Assembly: GCA_900617105.1 (NCBI GenBank)
Contig: UYFQ01000329.1
Location: 1 to 56,163, forward strand
Reading direction: 5' to 3'
DNA: 56,163 nucleotides
DNA from: Hydrurus foetidus
Taxonomy: Eukaryota
Part shown: one piece after another, positions 1 through 10,632 of the stretch
Layout: the number at the start of each line of letters is the position of its first letter
Position numbering within the stretch: the first letter of the stretch is position 1
Program-made: the position numbers and the translations under genes
The notes under the pieces: model-generated
Told to the model about the DNA's origin: nothing
Seen by the model: the letters and a program-made list of their open reading frames with translations, nothing else
Database searches by the model: none

Positions 1-1068
1 AGAATAGGCGCTTGTCGAAGCGGATACAGGTAATGAAGAGACAATCTATGATCAGTTCTATAAGTAGTATATAGTCAAGATTCATCGGCTCAAATATAAA
101 GGACAACTTTAAAAAGAGAATCAAAACTTTTCCCGATGAATCGAGGACTTTAATGTGGGAATCAAGACTTTATAAAACTGTCGCCTAGAAGGGTCTAGGC
201 TAGGAAGGGAAAGGGTCTTGCTTAGGGTTAGGTACAATAGGAAAACAACTGGCAAACGCTAGGAAACATCCTAATGCACGGCTAGAAGTCTACCTGATGT
301 AGAAGCCTAGAAGTTTACGGAGTTTAGGTATGCCTAGAGACGGAATCGGGTCCAAGGTCCCTAGGACCCCAGACAGTTACTGTACAGTAGGAGTTGATTG
401 GGTAGCAAAACAGAGGCTTGAAACAGAGGCTGAAATGAGAGCCCACTGTGCTGAGAATTAGCTATCAAGAGGTCGCACCAATCATAACATCGGTAGAAGC
501 TTCACGTACTTGATATGTGCGCAAGATGGATGCTATGTCAAAATGAGATTAATGAACAAGCTGCATGAAGAGCTGTGCTTTCTTCAAGCTGGCGATGGTT
601 CTGAACATCAGCATCACCATCTCGAAATAGCACCCGAGAGAGGTCTGAGTAAGGAACAGAAGAGGATAACGCTTGAATGCTGTGCTAAAGACTGTGGTGA
701 TCCGTCCGATTGTCCGAGTCGGCCATGACCCTAGAAGTCGTGAAGATGTCTTCCTTTTTAGAGTTTTCCCTTCATTTTTATAATTCGATTTCGTTCAAAA
801 AAGTTTTTTCTCGTTTTAAAGTTGTGGTTACAGGTTTAAAGTGGTGTTTTCTTCGAAAAAGTCTTGGTTGTTGGAAATAGTGGCAAGTTCGTCGAAAATA
901 GTCGCACCTTCTCTGATAGTTCTTGTTCTACTTCTCAAGAGGTTTTAGATTATCTGAAATAGTTTTCTTTCGCTTTTTCTTCCTTATATAGTTTCCCTTC
1001 TTACTGGGTACCAAATTAATCATCCTTCCACCACTGAAAAACATACTAATAATTGGTGTGGCAATAGT

Positions 1069-1359
1069 TGTCATTGCATTGTCATTTCAAACACAAACAC
1101 ACAACACAATGCTCACCGAACAACCGAGCGGTCCTAACGGCACGATGACGATCCGATCTTTCCACGTTGAAGCAGTTCAGAAGAGAACTGGTCGCGACCA
1201 GTTCTCCAACAGCTACACATTGTCCATTTCAATTGCATTCATTCCACTCAATTCACCTCATCGTTTCAATTCCACAATCACAATCTTTCACTCGGTAAAT
1301 TTAAAAACCAATTCTGTTTCTACCGTTTTCCGTTTCTGGATTACCGCCGAATCCCGACA
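1069..1359 (+). repeat. Copia 5' LTR (291 bp)
   Basis: tgtcattgcatt...gaatcccgaca. Differs from the 3' LTR by 2 substitutions and a 2-bp C-run indel. Confidence 0.97.
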
Positions 1360-1373
1360 ATTGGTTTTTAAGC
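1360..1373 (+). promoter_or_regulatory. Primer-binding site position (attggtttttaagc)
   Basis: TGG begins 2 nt after the 5' LTR end. Reverse complement of LTR sequence at 1300-1312 / 6576-6588. Confidence 0.75.
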
Positions 1374-1374
1374 A

Positions 1375-4300
1375 ATGCTCTCCACATCCACAGCCGCTGC
1401 CACTTCCACTGCTCAACATCCAATGCTGGACCTCCACTCAGACAACTGGTCGCAGTGGCATCAAGCCTTGAAGCTCCTTTGCTTCACCAAATTTGGTGTT
1501 GCTGGGCAGCAAATCCTCTCCGACACCACCATTCCGCTCCAACCCTTTCCAATCGAGCCAACAAAGGCCGACCTCGAGGCCGACCTCACTGGAGCTCCAC
1601 TCCAGGTCTCTTAACTTATCAGCGCCGACAAGCCACCGACGCCGAAGCCGCTCAACCCAACTTCGATCCCGCCACTCTTCCCCTCAGCACCCTCGGCAAT
1701 ACCAACTTTAGAGATGACAAAAAGATCTTCTCGGCAGCACAGCGTCGGTTCTCCGACGAGGACACAGACTGCCTCGACCATCTCTACCGACATATTTCCT
1801 AGGCCTCCCACACCGCAGTCAAAACCCACCCCAACTACCCTACCTACCAACTTCAACCCATCGGCTCTCGGAGCTATCCCTTCTATGTCATGGTCCGCGA
1901 CATTCACTCCATCGGGAATGCCGCCACCAAACTCCATCGCACCCGCCTTTATGTCAATGTTTCACAATCCGACTTGCCACATGAATCCTACATTGAACTA
2001 ATAACCACTATGACTGAAACATTCAAGCTCGACTTCGAGTCCGCGGTTCACCCGGGCTTTGTATCTATACCTGAATTAACTAGCTTCCTTTACCTCGCAG
2101 GACTCAACCGCAACGAGTTCCGCCGCGCCCTTGATGAGCTCCTCCACAACCATCCAACCGGACGGTTCCCAGATCCCACAGCTCTTATGTCCCAACTGCA
2201 GAGCTGGAAGATCGCAAACTCACTCTCCTTCGCACGCGACGACGTCTCCTCCCAAGGCTCCGCACTCATCGCCTCCAAAGCCTCAGCGACTTCCCCCCGT
2301 CCACGTCTTGCAAACGGTAACTCTACCCCTAAACCACCTTCCCCTACCACCTGTCCACCTTCCATTTCCCTTCCGCCTTCCACCATCCATACCCTCCACC
2401 TCCACTCCATATAACTCGACCACTTCACTCCAGACACCCTCCACCACTATGCACCTCATCCGGAGGCCATCGAAGCCTCCACTACTCCGACTCCGCCTGA
2501 CTACCAGCCCACGACTCCCTTGCACTTTTCTCCCGTCCACTCGCCCTCGCTTCCTCCAGTACACCAACCTCACTCAACCACCATCAGTCCTACTGGGATA
2601 ACGCCTGCTCCTTCCACACTGTCAATGATGCCTCCCTACTCTACGATCTTGCTCCACTCCCTCACACCTTCTCCATCGGAGGTGTCGGCGGCTCCTGCTC
2701 GGTCACCCATCGCGGCCGCCTCCTCTGCCTACCCACCACCAACGCTATGAACTCCGCCTACTTCTCCCCAACACTACCAGTTAGCCTCTTCAGCCTTGGC
2801 CAAATGCAACGCTGCGGTGCTACATATGGACCTGACCCCCTTCGCCCCCTTAGTCACGTCACTATCCGCTCCTCCCCCTCAGGGCCCCTCTTAGCCCACG
2901 CCGCCCTATCCACCCACAACCTCCTGCCTGTAGACTTCGCCGCCCTCCTCCACGCTTCATCAATCAACCCTCTCTCATACTATCACCCCGTTGCAATGGC
3001 CGCGCATTCCCTCGTACCCCATACTACCGCAGAGCAGCCTACCCTCCTACCCCTCATGCATGCTGTACCCCATATCAACTCTGAGCAGCGCTCTCGCGCT
3101 GATGCTGCTGAAGACCTCCACATTGAACTTTGCCACCCCTCCGATCGCAGCCTCTGTGTCAACCTCTCCACCGGCAAGCTCCCTTTCAGCACCTTAACCT
3201 GCTCCGATGTCACCCTTAACCGCCAACTCCGCGGCCCTTGCCCCCACTGCACCGCTGGTAAACACCGCAGTCCCTCCCATCCCCCCTCCACTAGCGCCCC
3301 CGCCACCTCACTTGGAGCCGTCCTCAGCTTCGACCCCCAGCTCCTCCCAGAGCCCTCCCCAGGCCTACACACCCATGAAATCATCATAGTAGACGAGTTC
3401 ACTGGCCACCTCTCCGTCGTTGGTGCCTCATCCAAATCCACTCCGGCTGTCTTCAAAGCCCTACACCACATTATCGCCACCACGTACAATGCACATCACC
3501 ATCGCGTTCACACCCTTCACGGCGACTGTGAGAAGATCAACACTTCCCTCGCTGCACCACTTGGATCCCTCGGAATCTCCCTTCAGCTCTCCCCCCCTGG
3601 AGAACACGCCGCACGCGTTGAGCGCTCCATCCTCACCCTCCGGCAGCTTACAACCGCCACCCTCTCAGGCCTCTCCTACCACCTCCCACTAAAGTATACT
3701 CTCTACCTACACAAGGCCATAGCTGCTACGCGGAACACCCTCATCAACGTACGTAGTTCTCCATCTACCCCCAATGAACTCCTCCACGGCCACAAACCCA
3801 CCCGCCACCCCTTCCCATTCGGCTCCTGCTGCATGGTAACTCAACATACAGATAAGCGCCACGCCCTGGCTAGAGCTAACCATACCGCTGCAAACGCCGA
3901 ACCCAAAGCCGAACTTGGAGTATGCATGGGTCCGATCTTCTCACCGGCCGTACACTCTTCCTTCTTGCAAACGGTGCAATCGTGCCCCGCCGCCCAACCG
4001 CTCCCTTCCCCCGTCACTTCGTTCCCTTCAACTGGAGCCCAAAACCATTCGTCCCCAACGTTCCCCTTCCCCCTTCAACTCCAACCGCACAAACACCCCC
4101 TCCAACAACTCCAACCACATCCATTATTCCATCCATTGTGGTCCATTCCACTGTTCCATCCATTCCAGATCCATCCCTTCCCCCTCCGTTGTCCTCCATC
4201 CACTCCCTTCCTTCCTTCCATTCCTCCATCCACCCCCCTTCCATTCCCGTCCCTTCCCCCCCCATCCCCTCCATTCCTTCCACCCCATTCCCCAGCCCTT

Positions 4301-6255
4301 CCATCCATCCATTCCCTTCCTTCCATTTCCACCCTCCGCTTCAACCCTTCAATCCATCCCTCCCCGCCTCCGTCCTTGACACCACTGCGTCGCTCATCCC
4401 GTGCCACACATCCCACCAACTTCTGGCGAGGCTGTTATTCTCTACCCTCGACACTGGTCCCACCTCCTTTACCCCCTCCCTCCGCGTACATCAACGCTGC
4501 CCAACGTAAACTCGACAATGCTAAACTCGCCGCAGCTCGCAATCGCCAGCACCGTATAGACAATCCTCCAACAATTCCCCTCAACAATCGACACACGCTC
4601 CTTGAACCCCAACCGCTTACCCCCCAACGTGCTGAAATGTCCATTCGTAAAGCCTCGCAGCTCCTACCTGCCTCCGACATTGCTGCAGGAATAGCAAAGG
4701 AACTGGGAAAACATTTTGACACCTACCAGTCCCTTCAACTCATTCCTCGTTCCAGTGTCGAATCCAAAGCCATCTTCCTACGTAGTCAAATGCTGATCAA
4801 GAAGAAATCCAACGGCATTGTCACTGCTCGCCTCGCCATCGACGGTAGCCGCCAACCACGTGAATCCTACAACGATACATACGCAGGAACCTCCGACACA
4901 ACCAATCGTGCCTTCATCCTCAGCTCCTACCTCGCCGATGCTGCACACCGTAACTGCCTCGACCAGCTCCTCTTGGAGACTTCGATTTTCCAGGCGCCTT
5001 CCTCCACAACAAGCTCACACGCGAGATGACCAACGGCCACCAGCTAATCGCGATCCTCCCGGCCGACCTCCCAAGTCCACTCGCCAACAAGCTCGCAGAA
5101 ATCACTGGCTGTTGCTATGGTATAAAGCAAGCCAACCACGAATATGACAAAGACCTCATCAACCTCCTAACATCTGCTGGCTTTCACCCAACACCCTCTG
5201 ACCACCACAGCTTTTATAAGAAATGTCCCGACAACCCCGCCGACTCACTGACCCTCAACATGCATGTCGACGATGGATGGTACGTCACTTGCTCCCGTAC
5301 ACTACGCGATGAACTCAAAACCATCCTTACAGGACGCTACGGACCCATAGCCTTCAATGATGCCTCGACAGGTGTCTGCGGAGTCCGTCTAACACGTAAC
5401 GCTGACCACTCATGTACTCTCGACCAAGGCGCCCACATCATTAAGTTCTTACATCAATCTGGCATGGACCTCGTCCCCCCGCACTTACACCATCCACCGC
5501 AAACTTCTTCGACCCCCCATCCGACCTTACCCCAGTAGACCGCACCCGCTTCTTACGCATCAACGGCACTCTCATATTCCTACTTTCCATTCGACACGAT
5601 ATCAGAAAAGAAGTTGTCCACCTATGCACTCGAAACACTTCCCCAACCCAATCCGACCTTTCAAAACAAATCCACCTCCTCCGATATCTCAAAGGCTGCC
5701 CCCACATCGGCCCTACTTTCTCCGCCAACCCATCCTCATTTCCATCCGGAGTCACTATCCTCGCTGCCGCTGACTCATCCCACGCATGCCATCCGGACGG
5801 ACACTCTCACTCTGCGTACACTATCCAGATCGGCACGACCAACGCTCCATTCGCCGTCCACTCTTCCGCTGAAACTTCCGGCATCGCCCTCAGCCCCTGC
5901 GAAGCCGAGTATCTCGCCCTCGGAAGATGCGCGAAAGATGTCAAATTCTTCCGACAGTTTGCAGCAGATCTAGGCTTCCCCAAATATCTCCAACAGTTAT
6001 CCTCGAAGATAACCAACCAGCTATCAATCTGACCACCGCACACCAGATCACCCGCAAGTCCCGCCACATCGCCCTCAAATCACACTACATACGCTGGCTT
6101 TACAAAACCAAAGAGATTGTCCCCAACACATAGGTACTCACGACATGATTGCCGATGGACTCACCAAAAGCCTCACCCACTCCAAATTCTTATGGTTCCG
6201 CAGCAAACTACTCAACACTCCAACTACTTCACACAACCCTCACTCATCATTGTAA
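1375..6255 (+). pseudogene. Copia gag-pol polyprotein, disrupted as assembled
   Basis: Protease YWDNACSFH (~2591). Integrase H..CHPS/CPHC and SFDP, HGDCE, RVERS. RT ARLAIDG, DFPGAFL, YGIKQA, MHVDDG. RNase H ADSS, EAEY, EDNQPAI, SRHI, DMIADGLTK. About 8 frameshifts and one in-frame TAG (1800-1802). Confidence 0.93.
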
Positions 6256-6344
6256 TTTCTCACCCTTCCCTACATATAGTACTCCACATTTCTCAATATA
6301 ACATAAGCCACATATCGATTCATCATATATCACTTACCGGCGCA

Positions 6345-6637
6345 TGTCATTGCATTGTCATTTCAAACACAAACACACAACACAATGCTCACCGAACAAC
6401 CGAGCGGTCCTAACGGCACGATGACGATCCGATCTTTCCACGTTGAAGCAGTTCAGAAGAGAACTGGTCGCGACCAGTTCTCCAACAGCTACACATTGTC
6501 CATTTCAATTGCATTCATTCCACTCAATTCACCTCATCGTTTCCATTCCACAATCACAATCTTTCACTCGGTAAACTTAAAAACCAATTCTGTTTCTACC
6601 GTTTTCCGTTTCTGGATTACCGCCGAATCCCCCGACA
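6345..6637 (+). repeat. Copia 3' LTR (293 bp)
   Basis: Direct repeat of 1069-1359, followed by the TSD ATAGT. Confidence 0.97.
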
Positions 6638-6799
6638 ATAGTAGTTATTTGTTATACTTGACACACTCGAATTTCGAATTATTGAGCAACTCCTCATGAG
6701 CTGGCAACTCATAACTCAACTCGACTCAGCTCCCCATATCGTGTCCGAGTTGCAGCTAGTGGACATGGAATCGCACTAGTGGCCATTGCTCAACCTGTT

Positions 6800-7921
6800 A
6801 TGTCTCATTCCAGCGATAACCATGATGTCATAGCGAATGATTTTGTCAGGCCATCAGATGAGCAATCTGAAATGAGCGGGGAGAAGCACTCGAGGAGTAA
6901 TTGCAGATCAATTGTAACGATAAAGAAAAGCAACGGAAAAGCTGGTCACCTCTTATCGCTGCAAGCATCAGTTTCTGTCACTTTATGTAGGAGAAAATTT
7001 GAATGGTTCGTTTCCATCAACGGTGGGATTCTGGACGTTACTCCTATTTCGAGCTGTTTCACGAATGTCATGTTTTCGCCATATGAGGTCACCGCTGAAA
7101 TAGTGGCGATGGAGCCCGATATTAATGGTAGCTACGATTTGAATGCAGTAGCTGGGATCCTTACAAATGATTTTTTAAGCCAACAAGAGCGAAACGTAGC
7201 CGCTTTAGCCATTCAGCACAACTCCAAAACAGTATTCACTCTTGAGCTTCTCAGAGACATTTCGAACGTCACGAAGATTCTGTGGATCGAGAATGACATG
7301 AAGACAATTATTTGCGATTTTCCCCTTCTATCCGGCAGAGACTCACTGAACCCATCCGCCACATATCTCTACGACACAACGAAGGACGACCCTATATACA
7401 TTTCTCTTATGCTAAAAGTTGAGAGGCCTGATTCGCCACTTGATTACAAAGTTGTTTTCCCAAGGTCCATGCCGTGCTCGAGAAATCTCGATTTTCAAAA
7501 CAGTTTTCAGGGAATTTCTAGCGAGGACATCAGCATAATCGATATATTGCCTCACGTTGAGAACAAGGTGCTGACGAGTATCGCCAGCCGAAAATCATTC
7601 TTGGAAGAGTTGCAGCGATTTACAGCAGTTCTAGAATACGATGCAATAGACTTCGCATTTATATTAATTGCTCTAAGGATGAAATATAATAATATGTATA
7701 CAATATGCACTGTTGAGATTCGTTTGGCGCACTCCTTCCCCATGTCAATACCACTTCTTTCACTGCACGATTTACAGAATTCTTTCAGTGCACCTGTAGA
7801 TACCTCATCCATTAAATTGAATAAATCCTGGGGACCCGAAAAGCTTGCTAGGGAGCTGCTACTCTTGACCAGCTCGGTGATTAGTCAACAAGCCTTCGGA
7901 ATAAACATTCTGTCTCTTTGA
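6800..7921 (+). CDS. BABAM2: BRE/BRCC45-like (BRISC and BRCA1-A complex member 2-like) UEV-domain protein
   Basis: Long intronless ORF (first ATG 6800, start uncertain). C-terminus SRKSFLEEL..AVLEYDAIDF..VEIRLAHSFPMSIPLLSL..W.PEKLA resembles the BRE C-terminal UEV region (recognised from memory, not searched). Confidence 0.6.
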   Translation: MSHSSDNHDVIANDFVRPSDEQSEMSGEKHSRSNCRSIVTIKKSNGKAGHLLSLQASVSVTLCRRKFEWFVSINGGILDVTPISSCFTNVMFSPYEVTAEIVAMEPDINGSYDLNAVAGILTNDFLSQQERNVAALAIQHNSKTVFTLELLRDISNVTKILWIENDMKTIICDFPLLSGRDSLNPSATYLYDTTKDDPIYISLMLKVERPDSPLDYKVVFPRSMPCSRNLDFQNSFQGISSEDISIIDILPHVENKVLTSIASRKSFLEELQRFTAVLEYDAIDFAFILIALRMKYNNMYTICTVEIRLAHSFPMSIPLLSLHDLQNSFSAPVDTSSIKLNKSWGPEKLARELLLLTSSVISQQAFGINILSL

Positions 7922-8311
7922 ATCTAATTTGAAAAGTTTTAACTCGAAGTTTAGACCATGAATTCCTTGGCTCCTACGATTGTTTTTTTCAATTATTCCT
8001 TCTATTCTGGGCTACGTGGAGAGTGAAAGAGATTACTGAGGCTGATGCGGATAAAGCTAAGTTTTGTCGGTTATAGCACTACAGCTTTTGATGGTTGCTG
8101 AGGGTCCCATGTGGGTGCCAAGGACTAAGAATCAAACGTTTGTTACAGTTCCACTTTATCACTTGAATGAGGATAGGACAACTCTGTCAAGCCGAAAGAC
8201 AGAAAGTAAAATCTTCAACTGTTTATCAGGCAAATAAAATTAAGAGGAAGGTCAGGACGTATCATCCCAGAGACAATAAGAATAAGGGACGAGACGGAAG
8301 CACCGTGAAAT

Positions 8312-9259
8312 TTACGGCTTAAGACTCATGAGGGCAAAAGCCTCAGGGGCAATGAAAAATCTTGGTGGCTTGCCGTCAGCCATTATCCAGTGCACGGCTT
8401 CACACACATGTTGTCCGTCCCTTCTGATCTCAATCACCTTAACTAGCCCCCACACTGTCTTTGCAATTGACCCGACTTTTAAGTGGTGCACTTTGACAAC
8501 AGCTGCTTCCTGGAGATAGCACGTGGGACTCTGATCTTGAGCCAACGCCCAGTTACGCAGTTTAACAACAATATCCTTCTCCTTCAAGCGCTTCAATTCA
8601 ACATATCCTCTTCCGTACACTGTCATGACTTCGTCACCTTCCTGAATGCCAGAAGATTGACTGAGCTTGACTGCCTCAGGCTGTAAGTAGAGAGTCGCCA
8701 CTGTTTGCAGAACGTAGTTGAAGGGTCGTGTTATAAAAGTTACTTAAAATGTAAGTTGCATTCAAATTGATGCGAAAATCTGTCTCTCTCACCGGTGTTA
8801 TTAGCCAATTTCCAGTTTAGAGGTCTTGCGACATGCACGCCGTCAGGTCTGACAGCTTGGATGCGAGATGGGCCGTAGACTGTGGCGACAGTTGTACCGG
8901 CATATGCACCAGGAATACGACTGCGGTGTCAACAGGAATAGATGTACTTATTATGCAGCGAGTCTAATGATTACATGCTGATGGTCGAAAGTCAATCGGA
9001 TCTTAGTCGTCGACTGTTGTTGGGATAAATCGTACCTCATGGACTCTGCAGCGAGATAAAGCGTTGGGGACTGTCCCTGTGCAAGAGCCCAGTTTGCAAG
9101 TTTAACGACATAGTCTTTCTGTCTGATCTCCGCCACGTAGCCGGGACCGTAGACGGTGTTCACAGATTCAAAGATATTGAAAGCTTGATTGCAAAAACAT
9201 GGGGAAAATTTAGACTTCTGTAATGGCGATTTCTAATTGACATGATTCGCACCTGTCAT
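8312..9259 (-). CDS. Hypothetical protein with four ~50-aa beta-rich repeats
   Basis: Exons 9259-9253, 9183-9036, 8920-8793 and 8700-8312 join in frame via GT-AG introns. Repeat pattern TV[YW]G.G.V..IR..D..V....W.LA.GQ.PT.YL. Confidence 0.85.
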
Positions 9260-10632
9260 GTCTTCTTCTTGATAGTTGCAGTGCAGATAAGTGACGGACG
9301 CAGTGGCACTAATTCAGAGTTGTCGATATCAGTCTAGATCAGTGTCGTTGCGTCGTTACGTGTACCGTACTGCAAGCTACGGTCTACGGGTTGTAATTGG
9401 CTCAGGCGAACCTTGCTCGCTGCTCGCTGCTTGCTTGGCTACCCTACCGTACGGTAGTACGGTAATAGCTGGTTACCAGCCCCGACCCCGACAACCATTT
9501 CCATATTTTTTGTAGATGAGCATCCCATGTCCGTACCTATTTTGTATCAACAAAATTTATCTTTGTGGATTGACTCGCATAACTAGCGTTTGATACATGG
9601 ATAAATGATAAATGAGTACAAGTAATTTCATTCTCAACTATCTTCTACGGTATCTCATCCTGTTATTTCTGAACAAGGCCTCTCCGAACAAAATTCCGGT
9701 TCTACAATCCAATTGATAATAGTTCTCCAACGATTTCTTACAATTATTTTTATCTTATCATTAATCATAATGTCGTTGGTTTTCGCCATTTCCATTATTA
9801 TTCTCTGAAAATTATCTACAACCTAAACGTTCTACTGGTCATGTATAATATTCATACTTTAAATTAGAGTTTCTTTTTTCAATATTTCGGAATCCACTAT
9901 AAACATATCAATCACTGTACAATGTTGAACCAGTGAAGCAGATTCTACCATGTAAATTGTGATATAGAACTTGTCAAAAAATTGTTTCTGAAGAAACCGA
10001 AGGTGTTGCGGAGAAGTATCAGGTAATAATCGTCAAGAACGTGTCGTTTGAAAGGGCAAGCGGTATTTTCAGATTACAGAATCAAAGTGGACAGAAGCTT
10101 GTGCAGGTGCGTCCGAGAAAAGTTTGCGTCATATGAATCCTCACCATTTAGACATTCGAAGTTCCGATTTGCAATCAAAAATAAGTCTATTTTACTGAAG
10201 CCCTTCGCATGCTCGTCACTGGTTCGCGGGATGTCCTAGTGCTTTAAAAGTAGTGTGTCGTGTGTCTGCTGGAATTTGAAACCCGAAATTTCGAGAAAAT
10301 TACTTGCAAAATTTTGGGGAATTATTTGACATCTCGTCCGTATTTCACAAATTTTAATTTATTACAAATTACTGTACTCTGTACTCTCGACTCTGTACGG
10401 AGTTTGCATGACAAGCGTCTTCTCAATGCCACCAGTAATTCGGAGGGCAAGAATGCAAGAGTGCACTCGTTAATGGATTTGGCAGTGGCAGACATCGTTC
10501 ATTCTCATGCGACGCCTTTCGGAGATGCTTGAAAGAAAAGATTTCCTCAATGATGGGATTTTATAGATAAGCAAGTCAAAAATGATACAGATAGCTCCTA
10601 AACCCAAACGATGAACATTCTGAGTAGAGAAG

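Larger units (their letters stand above)
1069..6637 (+). mobile_element. Full-length Ty1/Copia LTR retrotransposon
   Basis: Two TG...CA LTRs (1069-1359, 6345-6637). 5-bp TSD ATAGT at 1064-1068 and 6638-6642. Internal domain order gag-protease-integrase-RT-RNaseH. Confidence 0.97.

Noticed and set aside
1058..1471. ORFs within the LTRs (also 6355-6699)
   Set aside because: Incidental frames across duplicated LTR sequence with non-ATG starts and no domain.
1611..6067. Antisense Gly/Glu/Trp-rich ORFs within the Copia, and similar ones opposite the PLE
   Set aside because: By-product of the extreme C-richness of the coding strand.
9500..10300. AT-rich stretch resembling decayed transposase; also short ORFs at 25254-25605
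   Set aside because: No recognisable motif or termini could be read.
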